A stretch of DNA of 64,000 nucleotides, taken from Sedimentisphaerales bacterium. Its GTDB lineage: Bacteria; Planctomycetota; Phycisphaerae; Sedimentisphaerales; SM23-30. Shown piece by piece: positions 1-10,121 of this stretch. The stretch is from the NCBI GenBank assembly GCA_963663805.2, contig CAXXMR010000009.1:352001-416000 (forward strand), read 5' to 3'. Both the position numbers and the translations under genes were made by a program. The stretch's first letter is position 1, and each line of letters starts with the position of its first letter. The notes under the pieces were generated by a model. That model was given only the letters and a program-made list of their open reading frames with translations. It had not been told where the DNA came from and searched no databases.

Positions 1-380
1 TGACCGACTTCCAGTTTTTTGTCCTGAGATATCGGCCCTAACTGCTCAGTGAGTTGAGCGATTATCGGCTCTAACAAAGAACTCTCAAAAACCCGGGATG
101 CTTCCGAAAGCGAACCCAGCGAAGCACGCGAACAACCCAACAGCCGCTGTACCTTTTTGAGCTCGCCGGCCTGCTGCAAAGACCGGATGGAACTGCAGAT
201 CGGATTGAACATGTATAACAGCAGCAGACTGACATACTGGTCCATGAATAATGTGCGATTGCCGGCCCGGTCCCGCTCACATCCCGCCGAGTGAAGACCT
301 TTCAGCAGAGCCGAGAGGGACTTGAAATACTTGAACCCACGCAGGTCCCGCTCCTGGATTTTTTTACGCTTAGCACTCAT
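1..380 (-). CDS. IS4-family transposase, N-terminal part (runs off the window)
   Basis: ATG at 380 with AGGAGG upstream; MSAKRKKIQERDLRGF, near-identical to the complete copy at 45388-46560. Confidence 0.9.
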   Translation of the reverse strand, partial: MSAKRKKIQERDLRGFKYFKSLSALLKGLHSAGCERDRAGNRTLFMDQYVSLLLLYMFNPICSSIRSLQQAGELKKVQRLLGCSRASLGSLSEASRVFESSLLEPIIAQLTEQLGPISQDKKLEVG

Positions 381-502
381 GCCTCCTATTAGAGCATAAA
401 TATCCCTCGAGCGCAAATTACCTATCTTAACATTTCGGGTTTTTTTTAAAAAAAATACAGGAGGCCAAAAGCCTAAAGCAATAAATGTGCCGAACAGGAT
501 TG
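1..502 (-). mobile_element. IS4-family insertion sequence, partial (transposase 5' end and terminal inverted repeat), truncated by the window edge
   Basis: Bases 1-502 match 46181-46682 except for 3 substitutions (356, 363, 365); ends in the IR AGCAATAAATGTGCCGAACAGGATTG (477-502). Confidence 0.95.
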
Positions 503-514
503 GTTTTTTTACGA

Positions 515-2221
515 TTATTTGGGGGTGTTTTCTGTTTTTTGGTCGGGTTTCTGTTCGTCCATTCGGCGGAGTGATTCGAAGTTGCAGATTCTGATGAGGG
601 GCAGGTTGTCGGGGCCGGTGATGAGATTATTTTTGGCATCGAGCGAGAGCAGGATGTGGGTGCCGCGGAAATAGAGGTCTTCTATGCCGCGTGCTTTCAA
701 CTGCTCGTTTACGCGGCGCATGAGCTGGAAATATTGTTCCTTGTCGATGATGTGGTTTCGGTAGGCACCGAGGGCGTTGATGGCGGAATAATAGTTTCCG
801 TCATAGCTAGCGAGCATTTCGTCGGAGCCGTTCCAGTAGCCGAGTATCATGATATATTCGTGCCCTTCCTGAAGGATGGGTCGGCCCTGATGGGGGCAGC
901 ACATGCCGGTGTGTGATTTGTATCGGGAGCGGTCGAGGAAGCGTTCGGAGATATTTGATTTGGTGCCGCTCATATAGATTGCTCGTGGGTATATAGTTGC
1001 CAAATCTTTGCGGTTGAGTTCCAGAGCGAGTGAGAATTCTTCGAAGGGGCTGTTATAGCCGAATTCAAATTTGGCATGTTCGTATTCATTGAAGGGGTCG
1101 GCGTCGGGCTGTTCGCCGACTTTGGATATTTTGAGGACGAGATGGATGTCGTCTTTGGAGACGGTATAGTAGAGGTCGTGATATAGTGACAGTTTGGTGC
1201 GTTTGGTATCAAGCCATTTTTCGGGCAGGAAATAGTCGAAAAGTCGTGCGTCGTTGCCGACGACCCAGAGCCGTCCTTTGGTTTCGGGCACGTCGCCATA
1301 GATATAGGGCACCTGGAAGATATTTACTCGTTTCATTTTGAATTCGCTGATGGGGTGATATTCCAGGCGTTTGGGCATCATGGCGAGATAGCCGCTGCGT
1401 CTTTTTTTGCGGACGATTTTTTCGAGTTTTTCGGTTCGCTGCATGAGTTCGTAGTCAACATAGCCATAGACCAGGCTGGAGTCGCCGGCCCGGAGCAGGT
1501 TGCTGCCGATGGGTTTTAGGATGACATGGATGGCTTTGTTGTCTCTGACATGGTATCCGCATGCCTGTATCTCTCTGTCGGCCCGGCGGGTTATGGCCAG
1601 GGCTTCATCTTCGCTGAGGTATCCAAGTTTCATGGCCTGGATCGCGTCGAGTCCGTCAATCCATCGGTAAATCATTATGTAGCTGCGGTCGATGTCGATT
1701 TTGATGTCGCCTTTGTGGCGGTTTACGACATGGTTCATGATGTAGTCTTTTCGGACATCGCGCAGGTAGTCTTTTTTTGCCGAGGGTATATAGATTGCCA
1801 GGGGCTCCTGAAGTTCGATGCTTTTGTGGAGGTAGCTGACGTTTTCGTAGAGTTCCTGTACGTGCTGGAATTCTTCGAACGGGCTGAGGAATGACGCACC
1901 GTTGAATTCGGGGTCGTCCGGTTCAATTCCAGGGATGTCCTGGCCCATACGGTTCCATTTGATGACGATTCTGGAGCTTTTGCCGCGGGCGGGCTTGGTG
2001 GTGACTTTGTAGACTATGCTGGTACCGTTAAGTTTTTCGCTGTGGGTATCGAACCATTTTTCGTCGAGCAGGAAATTATCGGGCAGGAGGTTTGGTCCGT
2101 GCTTGAGGCCGTAGCGGGTGACGAACAGTTCATCGTCATTATCAAGCAGGAAATATTTATAGTTTACATCGAGGATTTTTTTGTCGAGCGATTCATGTGT
2201 TTGCAGTAAATTATTTTCCAT
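515..2221 (-). CDS. Hypothetical protein with two tandem protein-kinase-like domains
   Basis: 568 aa; internal duplication (KWNRMGQD...SPFEEF...PLAIY vs KISKVGEQ...SPFEEF...PRAIY); RDNKAIHVIL and VDYE resemble the catalytic loop and DFG motifs. Confidence 0.7.
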   Translation of the reverse strand: MENNLLQTHESLDKKILDVNYKYFLLDNDDELFVTRYGLKHGPNLLPDNFLLDEKWFDTHSEKLNGTSIVYKVTTKPARGKSSRIVIKWNRMGQDIPGIEPDDPEFNGASFLSPFEEFQHVQELYENVSYLHKSIELQEPLAIYIPSAKKDYLRDVRKDYIMNHVVNRHKGDIKIDIDRSYIMIYRWIDGLDAIQAMKLGYLSEDEALAITRRADREIQACGYHVRDNKAIHVILKPIGSNLLRAGDSSLVYGYVDYELMQRTEKLEKIVRKKRRSGYLAMMPKRLEYHPISEFKMKRVNIFQVPYIYGDVPETKGRLWVVGNDARLFDYFLPEKWLDTKRTKLSLYHDLYYTVSKDDIHLVLKISKVGEQPDADPFNEYEHAKFEFGYNSPFEEFSLALELNRKDLATIYPRAIYMSGTKSNISERFLDRSRYKSHTGMCCPHQGRPILQEGHEYIMILGYWNGSDEMLASYDGNYYSAINALGAYRNHIIDKEQYFQLMRRVNEQLKARGIEDLYFRGTHILLSLDAKNNLITGPDNLPLIRICNFESLRRMDEQKPDQKTENTPK

Positions 2222-2274
2222 GGCAGGATTATAGCCGATTGCGGCTTAGGGTCAAATCACAATAGTTTTGAAGA

Positions 2275-2333
2275 AGGCAAGAGGCATTAGGGATGAGGCA
2301 AGAGTGAACGGCTCGGTTTCGGCCTTTGGCGAA
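2275..2333 (+). repeat. REP-like family A: AGGCA(A/T)(G/T) heptamers followed by AACGGC-N2-GGT and a hairpin
   Basis: AGGCAAG AGGCATT AGGGATG AGGCAAG AGTG AACGGCTCGGTTTCGGCCTTTGGCGAA; related copies at 3436, 50969 and 54987. Confidence 0.8.
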
Positions 2334-2402
2334 GTTATTTTATTTTTCCGGCGTTGGCCAGGAAATATTGTTGCACATAGTGAAATTTAGAAAGGGAATC
2401 TT

Positions 2403-3443
2403 ATGGCAGGTAAGAAGTTGTCATTTGCCGGTGCTGACAAAATTGGAAATCATTTACAGGTAGGGGGGATTGAGACTTCGGTGCTAGACGACGGGCCGGG
2501 TCGTGGGTTGCGGGTTGCGTGGATAAATACTGGTACGCCGCTGCGTTATAAGGTTGTTATTGACCGTGGTTTGGATATTGCCGAGGCTTTTTATGGTGAG
2601 CATAGTCTGGCTTGGCTGAGCCGGGGCGGGGTTTGCGGGTCGCGTTCGGCGGCTACTACGGGTCTGGAATGGCTTTATGGTTTTGGTGGTGGACTGCTGA
2701 CGACCTGTGGTCTGCGTCATGTCGGCGGGCCGGAAGAAGATGCGGGTGAGAGTTTCGGGCTGCATGGCCGGTACAGTAATCTGGCGGGGCGGGTGGAGTC
2801 GATAATTCAGCCGGATCCGACGCTGGGTAAGATGGATATGTCGATAACGGGGATTGTGGAGGAGTCGCGGGTTTTTGGGCCGCATTTGCAGTTGCGGCGG
2901 ACAATTTCGGGGCGGCTGGGCGAGCCGGTGATACGTATCAGGGATGAGGTGGTGAATCGGGCCAATACCCCTGTTGAACATATGATATTGTACCATATCA
3001 ATTTTGGCTGGCCTCTGGTGGATGAGGGTGCGAAGCTTTTATGGGCGGGGGCGTGGCAGTCCTTTGGTCGGGAACAGGATAATTCGATATTCCGGGATGG
3101 TGTGGATGTTAAACGCTGTTCGGGCGTTTTGTCGGAGCATAGCGGCAGTGGTGAGGCCTGCTGTTATGTGGATATGAAGGCTGATAAGAAGGGGATTTGC
3201 CAGGCGGGGGTAGTTAATGATAAGCTGGGGCTGGGCAGTTTAATCACCTTCAAAAAGAAGCAATTACCGTGGTTGACGAACTGGCAGCACTGGGGTCAAA
3301 ATGAGTATGTTACCGCCCTGGAGCCTTGCAGTTGCCCTCCCTTTGGCCGTGAGAAGGCGAGAAAAGAGAAGGCCCTGGTTTGCATCAGGCCGGGCGGCAA
3401 GAGGGTGTACGAGCTGGAAATCGCAGCGTTTAAGAAGGCATAA
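2403..3443 (+). CDS. Aldose 1-epimerase-like protein (DUF4432 family)
   Basis: 346 aa; DRGLDI, GGLLTTCGL, GLHGR and LYHINFGWP motifs typical of DUF4432/galactose mutarotase-like proteins. Confidence 0.85.
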   Translation: MAGKKLSFAGADKIGNHLQVGGIETSVLDDGPGRGLRVAWINTGTPLRYKVVIDRGLDIAEAFYGEHSLAWLSRGGVCGSRSAATTGLEWLYGFGGGLLTTCGLRHVGGPEEDAGESFGLHGRYSNLAGRVESIIQPDPTLGKMDMSITGIVEESRVFGPHLQLRRTISGRLGEPVIRIRDEVVNRANTPVEHMILYHINFGWPLVDEGAKLLWAGAWQSFGREQDNSIFRDGVDVKRCSGVLSEHSGSGEACCYVDMKADKKGICQAGVVNDKLGLGSLITFKKKQLPWLTNWQHWGQNEYVTALEPCSCPPFGREKARKEKALVCIRPGGKRVYELEIAAFKKA

Positions 3444-3488
3444 GGCATGAGGCAAGAGGGTAACGGCGCGGTGCCTGCCTTCGGCAGG
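3436..3488 (+). repeat. REP-like family A copy
   Basis: AGGCATA AGGCATG AGGCAAG AGGGT AACGGCGCGGTG CCTGCC TTC GGCAGG; overlaps the stop codon of the upstream gene. Confidence 0.8.
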
Positions 3489-3866
3489 GGTGCGTATCGC
3501 ACTAATAAATCGCCGCGGTCGTTAGGCGTATTTGACGCTTCCGCTGGTTGCTTTCTCGGTTGGCAAGTAACTTAACGGCGTGATGTGTTTTATTTTCAAA
3601 CAAGAAAAAAAAGAGATTTGACCCCTTTTTCCACTCTTACGCGGCTCGGTTTTTGGTTGGGGAATCGTCAAGTCTGATAATTAAAATGTCTTTAGCGGCC
3701 TTAATGGGGCTATTTTTTATTTGTTTATTAGCAGTAGTTTATGTCTATTGACTTAATATATTTATGGACACTTGGTAGTTAGTACAGGGTTTTTTTGCTG
3801 TTGATTTTCTGGTTTTAATGTGCGATAGTATTATTAGAGCGTTGGTTCCAGGAAAGGAGCGAAACC

Positions 3867-5595
3867 ATGGCGAAGCTCAAATCTGAATCATTGGGGGAGT
3901 TGTTAAGGCAGGCCCATTATTCACCTGAGAATCAGCGGATAATCCAGATAGACGCCTGTGAGGCTTTGCTCCATTTGGTTCAGCCGGGTCGTAATTACCC
4001 ATTTGAATTTGTGTGTTTTCACCTGACCGGTTATCGGCCCAAGCGGATGGATGACCCAGAACTTCTGAGCTACGATACTCTGGTTCATGATCTGCCGGCC
4101 TACGGGGAAAAGCTGAGTCTGTCGGTTCGAATTTCCTATATTGAGGCGGGTAAAGGTCGTAAGGTTTATACGGTTGAGTCTCTGGCTCGTCAGTACCGGA
4201 TAAGTGACAAGACTATCAGTCGCTGGCGGTGTAAAGGTCTGGTTGGTCGATATATGATTTTTCCGGACGGGAGAAAGCGTCTGGGGTTTCTTTCGAGCAG
4301 TGTTGATTGGTTCGTGAAGCAGAATCGGGTTTTGGTGGACCGGTCGAAGAATTTCAGCCATATTTCAGCTCGTGAGAAGGCTGATATAGTGAAACGTTTG
4401 CAGCGGTGGAGTGAGCTGGCGGGGGGGTGTCGTCAGGAGGCGATACGGCGGACGGCCCGTTATTTTGAACGTTCGGCAGAGTCGATACGGACGATTCTGG
4501 TTGAACATGAGCATAAGACGGATATGGAGGGCAAGCGAGAGCTTTTTGGACGGCGGGCGTCAGAAGCGGATTTGGCAGGTCGTCTGGAGATTTTCAAGGA
4601 TTTCGAGCAGGGTTTTTCAGTGCCGGATTTGATGAAGAAATATGGGCGGAGCCGTTCTAATATTTATCATTGTGTGAATGTGGTTTCGGGCTGAGCGGCT
4701 GATGGCATTGGATATTGAATATATTCGCAGTGCTGAATTTGAACGGGAGGGAGCAGAGGAAGAGTTATTGACTGACCGTTTGGGGGTTTTGGCTGAGGTG
4801 ATGGCGGGTGGCGTTGAGAACAAAGGCAAGTCTTTGTCGGCGGTTAATTCGCTGGCGACTTATGTACGTGATATTTGCACTTCTCCGCTTTTGACGGCGC
4901 GGCAGGAGCGGGCGATGTTTGCTCGTTATAATTATCTGAAGTATCGGGCGTCGCAATGGCAGCGTGAGATAGATGTGGTCAGGCCTTCGGCTCGTTTGCT
5001 GGCGGATATCAAGCGTGCCTTGCATGAGGCTGAGCAGTTGAAGAATCAACTGATACGTTGTAATTTGCGGCTGGTGGTAAGTTCGGCGCGTAAGCATACT
5101 CGCTATGATAATCAGATGATGGAAATGATAAGCGAGGGGAATCTGGCTTTGTTGAACTCGGTGGAGAAGTTTGATTACAGTCGTGGGGTTCGGTTTAGTA
5201 CTTACGCGACGTGGGCGATTGTGCGGCAGTTTGCGGGGTATTGGGGCAAGGTTCAGAATCAGGCGGCCATTAATATGTCCGATGAGATGCTGGAGATTGC
5301 CCGTGATTTGCGGATGGTTGACAGTCGGGTGCTGGAGGTTGAGTCGGCGCGGCGGAGTCTGGAAGAAGTTATGGCAGATACGCTGGAGCAGCGTGAGCAT
5401 TATATTGTTACCGAGCATTACGGGCTGACGGACGAGCGGAGGGTTCCGGAACAACGTAAGGGGCGGAGTTTGAGCCAGATAGGCGAGATTCTGGGTATCA
5501 GCAAGGAGCGGGTGCGGCAGGTTGAATTGATAGCTTTGCAGAAACTGCGTAAGGCGATGACCGTGCCGCAGTTTGAGGCATTGGTGGGCGGTTGA
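3867..5595 (+). CDS. Sigma-70 family RNA polymerase sigma factor with a long N-terminal HTH extension; split by a +1 T at about 4684-4686 (ORFs 3867-4694 and 4678-5595)
   Basis: C-terminal half has region 2 (NLRLVVS, EGNLAL, KFDYSRGVRFSTYATWAI) and region 4 (SLSQIGEILGISKERVRQVE); removing one T from GTG GTT T CGG gives a continuous VVRAERL frame. Confidence 0.85.
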
Positions 5596-5600
5596 TTTTC

Positions 5601-5787
5601 AGGCTGGACAAACTGGAAGTTCTAAGCCCTAGGCCAGATAAACTGGAAATTCTAAGCACTAAATTCTAAATCCTAAACAAATTCTAAACTTAAAAATCAA
5701 AATAACACAAACAACGACAATATTTAACCGCGGATTACACGGATTTTAACGGCAACGGCACCGCTTACTTACGTACGCGGCTCTGAT
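5601..5787. repeat. Intergenic repeat mosaic: 2x30 bp tandem, AAATTCT-type heptamers, CGGATT short repeat, 34 bp REP-like unit
   Basis: 5601-5630 vs 5631-5660 are 25/30 identical; 5754-5787 is 33/34 identical to 55142-55175. Confidence 0.75.
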
Positions 5788-5837
5788 AAATGGTTGCCAT
5801 TTTGCGCAAAATTTAATTTTTAATCTCTTTGGGTTCT

Positions 5838-6428
5838 TTAATTTTTGATGAGGCTGAGGATTTCGTTTCGGCTGCGGACGTCGGAACGGAATACGCCGAG
5901 CATGGCTGAAGTTACCATTGATGATCCGGGTTTTTTGACGCCGCGGATGGTCATGCAGGTGTGGGTTGCTTCGACGATTACGGCGGCGCCGCGTGCGTCG
6001 GTTTCCTGCATAATGAACTCGGCGATCTGGGTGGTGAGGCGTTCCTGAATCTGGGGTCGGCAGGCGAAGTCGTTGACGATTCGGGCGAGTTTGCTGAGCC
6101 CGATAACTTTTTCGCCGGGCAGGTAGCCGACGTGTGCCCGTCCGATGAAGGGCAGCAGATGGTGTTCGCAGACGCTGTGGAAAGGTATGTCTTTGAGCAG
6201 TACAACCTCGTCGTATTTTTCGGTGAAGCCGCTGATGAGATGGCGGCGAGGGTCGGCGTGCATACCGCTGAATAGTTCGGCGTACATGCGGGCGACGCGT
6301 TGGGGAGTTGATTTTAGCCCTTCGCGTTCGGGGTTTTCACCGACGGCCACGAGGATTTCGCGTACGGCTTTTTCGATGCGATTGAGGTCGATTTTTTTAT
6401 TTGGTGAATCGGTCATATTATTGTCCAT
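5838..6428 (-). CDS. folE: GTP cyclohydrolase I (start could be 6416-6446)
   Basis: [39 protein letters not shown] and HTCMTIRGV motifs. Confidence 0.97.
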   Translation of the reverse strand: MDNNMTDSPNKKIDLNRIEKAVREILVAVGENPEREGLKSTPQRVARMYAELFSGMHADPRRHLISGFTEKYDEVVLLKDIPFHSVCEHHLLPFIGRAHVGYLPGEKVIGLSKLARIVNDFACRPQIQERLTTQIAEFIMQETDARGAAVIVEATHTCMTIRGVKKPGSSMVTSAMLGVFRSDVRSRNEILSLIKN

Positions 6429-6452
6429 ATAGTGTTTTTGAGTCAATTTAGT

Positions 6453-7961
6453 TTATTTGAGATTGCGAAGATGTTCCAGGACCATTTTGACGGGAATACC
6501 GGTGGCCCCGGCGGCACGGTAGGGTTTTTCTTTGGTGGTGTCGGCAGTGGCGGCGATGTCGATGTGTGCCCAGGGTATGTTTTCGACGAATGAGCCGAGG
6601 AATGCCGCGGCGATACATGAACCGCCTGCGCGTCCGGCGGCATTTACCAGGTCGGAGACTGTGCCTTTCATATCTTCGAGGTATTCGGGGCCGGAGGGCA
6701 GGTGCCAGACATTTTCTCCGCTGATTTGGGCGGCGGTCTGGATTTGCTCGATGAGTTGGTCATTATTGCTGAACAGGCCGGAGCGATGTCGACCGAGAGC
6801 TACCACGCAGGCACCGGTTAAAGTTGCCATGTCTATGATGGCGTCGGGTTTCATTTTGGCAGCGTAGCTGAGTGCGTCGCAAAGGATGAGTCGGCCTTCG
6901 GCGTCGGTGTTTTTTATTTCAACGGTTTGGCCGCTATAGGTTTTGATAATGTCGTCGGGTCGATAGCTTTGATGCGAAGGCATGTTTTCCACTGCGGGGA
7001 TGAGTCCTATGAGTTTGAGTGGCAGTTTGAGTTCGGCTACGGCGGTGATGATGCCGAGTATGCTACATCCGCCGGCTTTGTCGAATTTCATGGTATCCAT
7101 CAGGTTTGGTAGTTTGAGGTCCAGTCCGCCGGAATCGAAGGTAACGGCTTTGCCGACCAGGGCGACGTCGATATTTTTTTTCTTAGTACCGGCGTATTCG
7201 AGCATAATCAGGCAGGGGCGGTTGGCTGAGCCTGAGCCGACGGCGAGGATGGTGTTCATGCCCATTTTCTTGAGTTGTTTTTCGTTGAAGACCGTGCATT
7301 TGAGCTGGTATTTTCGGGCGAGCTTGCGGGCTTGTTCGGCCAGGACGGCAGGGTTGACTTCGTTGCCGGGACGGTTGGTAATTTCGCGGACTCGGTTTTG
7401 GGCGTTGGCGAGTATGGTTCCGAGTTTGCCCCCCTTTCTGAACGCGGCGGATAGTTTTTCCGTGGGAGGGATGATGGTAAGCTGAAAATTATCGGTCGTG
7501 CGTTTGTCCGGTTTGAGGAATTCGCGATAATTGTAGCGACCAGCCAGTGCACCTTCGGTAATTGACTGGGCGAGTTTTTCGGGGCTGATAGTTTTGGGTA
7601 CTTCGGCGGTGAACACAGCCGCGGATTTCAGGGCGAGTTTATCGGCGTGTCTCAGGGCTGTTCCCAGTGTCTGCCGGTAAGTTTCAGGGGTAATTTTATC
7701 ATGTTCGCCCATTCCGGCGAGCATCAGGCGGGAACAGGGGAGTTTTTCGTCCAGATAAATAACGCTCGTTTCGTTGGGCTGAGCCTGAAAATCACCGAGT
7801 CTGAGGACATTTGAGACTGTATTTTTCAAGGTCTTCTCAAGTGAGGCGGCGGGTTTACCATCTGCCGCGAGGGGTATTATAATCAGGTCCCCGCGATATT
7901 GCGTGAGAGGGCAGGATTTGATTTTAACGGTGGTTTTCGGTGGTTTCTGGGCCATAGCCAT
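6453..7961 (-). CDS. pepA: Leucyl aminopeptidase (M17)
   Basis: GKAVTFDSGG, MKFDKAGG, NTDAEGRL and ATLTGA motifs. Confidence 0.96.
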   Translation of the reverse strand: MAMAQKPPKTTVKIKSCPLTQYRGDLIIIPLAADGKPAASLEKTLKNTVSNVLRLGDFQAQPNETSVIYLDEKLPCSRLMLAGMGEHDKITPETYRQTLGTALRHADKLALKSAAVFTAEVPKTISPEKLAQSITEGALAGRYNYREFLKPDKRTTDNFQLTIIPPTEKLSAAFRKGGKLGTILANAQNRVREITNRPGNEVNPAVLAEQARKLARKYQLKCTVFNEKQLKKMGMNTILAVGSGSANRPCLIMLEYAGTKKKNIDVALVGKAVTFDSGGLDLKLPNLMDTMKFDKAGGCSILGIITAVAELKLPLKLIGLIPAVENMPSHQSYRPDDIIKTYSGQTVEIKNTDAEGRLILCDALSYAAKMKPDAIIDMATLTGACVVALGRHRSGLFSNNDQLIEQIQTAAQISGENVWHLPSGPEYLEDMKGTVSDLVNAAGRAGGSCIAAAFLGSFVENIPWAHIDIAATADTTKEKPYRAAGATGIPVKMVLEHLRNLK

Positions 7962-8222
7962 GTCCTTGTTACAAATATTACAGCGTATTTAACTAATCGC
8001 TATAATCCTAACGGGAATCTGATGATAGTCAACGTTGTTATCGGAACGTGTTTTTTGCGTATGATAATCTGGGGTAATTTCGGGGGATTGGGGTTTATTT
8101 GGTTTAAATTTTTGCCGATAGGTTCTTTGCGGAGACCGTCTTACGGGATGGTCCGGGAATGTTAAGGGCGGGTCGGAAATGGCCGGCCTGACAATTGGTT
8201 CGAACCTGGAAAGGACCTGAAA

Positions 8223-9143
8223 ATGGATATTAATCTGGATTGCAATGCCGCAGTGGCAACCCCTCGTGACCCTCATGAAATCTGGCAGATATTGAAGAAT
8301 GCCGAAGATTTGCCGACTTTGCCGGAAGTGGCCATTCGTCTTCAGGAAACTGTGGATGACCCGCACAGCTCGGCGCGGGATGTTGCCAGGATTATCGGTG
8401 ATGACCCGGCGATCGCGACGAAGGTATTGAAGGTTGTTAATTCGGTATTTTACGCCCCGACTCAGGGTGAGCCGATTACGGAATTGCAGTTTGCTATTGC
8501 CCGTCTGGGTTTTGTGACGGTGGTTAATATCGCGTTGAGTACGAGCATATTCCAGGCGTTCAGCCGGACTCAGATGCCGATATTTGACCGTCGGGAGTTC
8601 TGGAAACATTCAATATGTGTTGGGATTGTGGCAACGGTTCTTTATGATTTTTGTGCCAATCATGTCAGTCAGCATCTGACACGCGACCAGATTCATCTGG
8701 CGGGTATCGTGCATGATATGGGCAAGATTTTGTTTGAGCGTTACGCCAATGAGGAATTTCACATGGCGTTGGATAATGCCCGCAAGGAAGATTTGCCAGC
8801 GATGAAGGAAGAAGCCCGGATGATAGGTTTGGGCCATGACGAGGCGGGGGGCTGGCTGGCCGAGAAGTGGAAGCTGGGCCCGGCGATCGAGGCGGCGGTG
8901 CGTTGGCACCATGAGCCTTTGAGTTGTCCGGATGAGAATTTACAGGGTCTGGTGGAGCTGATTCATATGGCTGATTATATCTGCCATAATCAGGAATTGG
9001 GCGACAGCGGTAATCCTTTTCCGATTTATGAGTCTGGTGTGCGGGAGAGGCTGGGCCTGACACCGGACAAGATTGGCGAACTGATGGGTATCGTCAGGAT
9101 TGACGCGGCCAATTCGGATGTGCTGCTGTCGCTGAGCGAATAA
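8223..9143 (+). CDS. Stand-alone HDOD domain protein
   Basis: LPTLPEVA, DPAIATKVLKVVNS, FWKHS, GIVHDMGK and RWHH motifs. Confidence 0.92.
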   Translation: MDINLDCNAAVATPRDPHEIWQILKNAEDLPTLPEVAIRLQETVDDPHSSARDVARIIGDDPAIATKVLKVVNSVFYAPTQGEPITELQFAIARLGFVTVVNIALSTSIFQAFSRTQMPIFDRREFWKHSICVGIVATVLYDFCANHVSQHLTRDQIHLAGIVHDMGKILFERYANEEFHMALDNARKEDLPAMKEEARMIGLGHDEAGGWLAEKWKLGPAIEAAVRWHHEPLSCPDENLQGLVELIHMADYICHNQELGDSGNPFPIYESGVRERLGLTPDKIGELMGIVRIDAANSDVLLSLSE

Positions 9144-9269
9144 CTTTCAAAAAACATACAAATACGTACTTTAACGGCAGTTTCGTGATATTTCGCGGAC
9201 TGCCGTTTATTTTTTGTCACAGGATGGTATAATATCTGAAAAGGATGAACTTTGCGAAAGGATAAGAAT

Positions 9270-10103
9270 ATGGTTCGGAAAAAAGTGTTTCTCTGGCTGT
9301 TGGTTACAGCGATGACGTCGGTGGTGTTCTGCGGCTGTGTGACCAATCCGGTTACGGGTCGTGAGGAGCTGATGCTGATATCGACCGAGCAGGAAATCGC
9401 TATGGGTGATGATGCTGCTCTGGAAGCCGAGAAGGAATATGGCGGGCTTTACGATAATTCCGAAGTTCAGTATTATGTCCAGCGGATAGGCAATAAGCTG
9501 GCGGGGGTATCCGACCGGAAGATGCCTTATAAGTTTGCGGTGCTGGACAGTAAGATTGCCAACGCTTTTGCGTTGCCGGGTGGTCGGATTTATATTACGA
9601 CAACGCTTATGCGTGAAATGGGCAGTTCGGAAGAGTTGGCCGCGGTTCTGGGGCATGAGATAGGCCATGTCGCTGCTTTACATCATGGGCGGATGCTGAC
9701 GCGGCAGTTGGGGGCGGCGGTACTGGTGGCGCTTGCGGCCGAAGCCGGCGGTGCTGATAATGGCGAAAACGCGGGCCGGGCGACCCAAATCGCTGCGGCG
9801 ATGCTGAATTTGAAATATGGCCGGGATGAGGAATATCAGGCGGATACTTTGGGGATACGTTATCTTTCGCGAGCGGGCTATAATCCCTGGGCGATGGTTA
9901 CGATGCTGGAAAAGTTGGATTCTCTTAACAAGAGTGAGCCGGGTTTCCTGGGCGATTTATTGAGTACGCATCCTCTGACCATCCGGCGGATTCAGGAAGC
10001 TCGCGATACAACTCGTTATAATTATGCGGGTTATCCGGAAACAACCCAGGATCCGGACGCGACGGAGTTTGGCAAGATTCTGAAAATTATTAAGAGCAAA
10101 TAA
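9270..10103 (+). CDS. M48 family Zn metallopeptidase, lipoprotein
   Basis: Lipobox FCGC, NPVTG, NAFALPGG, HEIGH zinc motif, EYQAD and LSTHP. Confidence 0.92.
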   Translation: MVRKKVFLWLLVTAMTSVVFCGCVTNPVTGREELMLISTEQEIAMGDDAALEAEKEYGGLYDNSEVQYYVQRIGNKLAGVSDRKMPYKFAVLDSKIANAFALPGGRIYITTTLMREMGSSEELAAVLGHEIGHVAALHHGRMLTRQLGAAVLVALAAEAGGADNGENAGRATQIAAAMLNLKYGRDEEYQADTLGIRYLSRAGYNPWAMVTMLEKLDSLNKSEPGFLGDLLSTHPLTIRRIQEARDTTRYNYAGYPETTQDPDATEFGKILKIIKSK

Positions 10104-10121
10104 GTTAGACGGAGCGAGTTT

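Noticed and set aside
4670..4694. Programmed frameshift in the sigma factor
   Set aside because: No recognisable slippery heptamer or prfB-like site; five similar indels elsewhere point to sequencing error.
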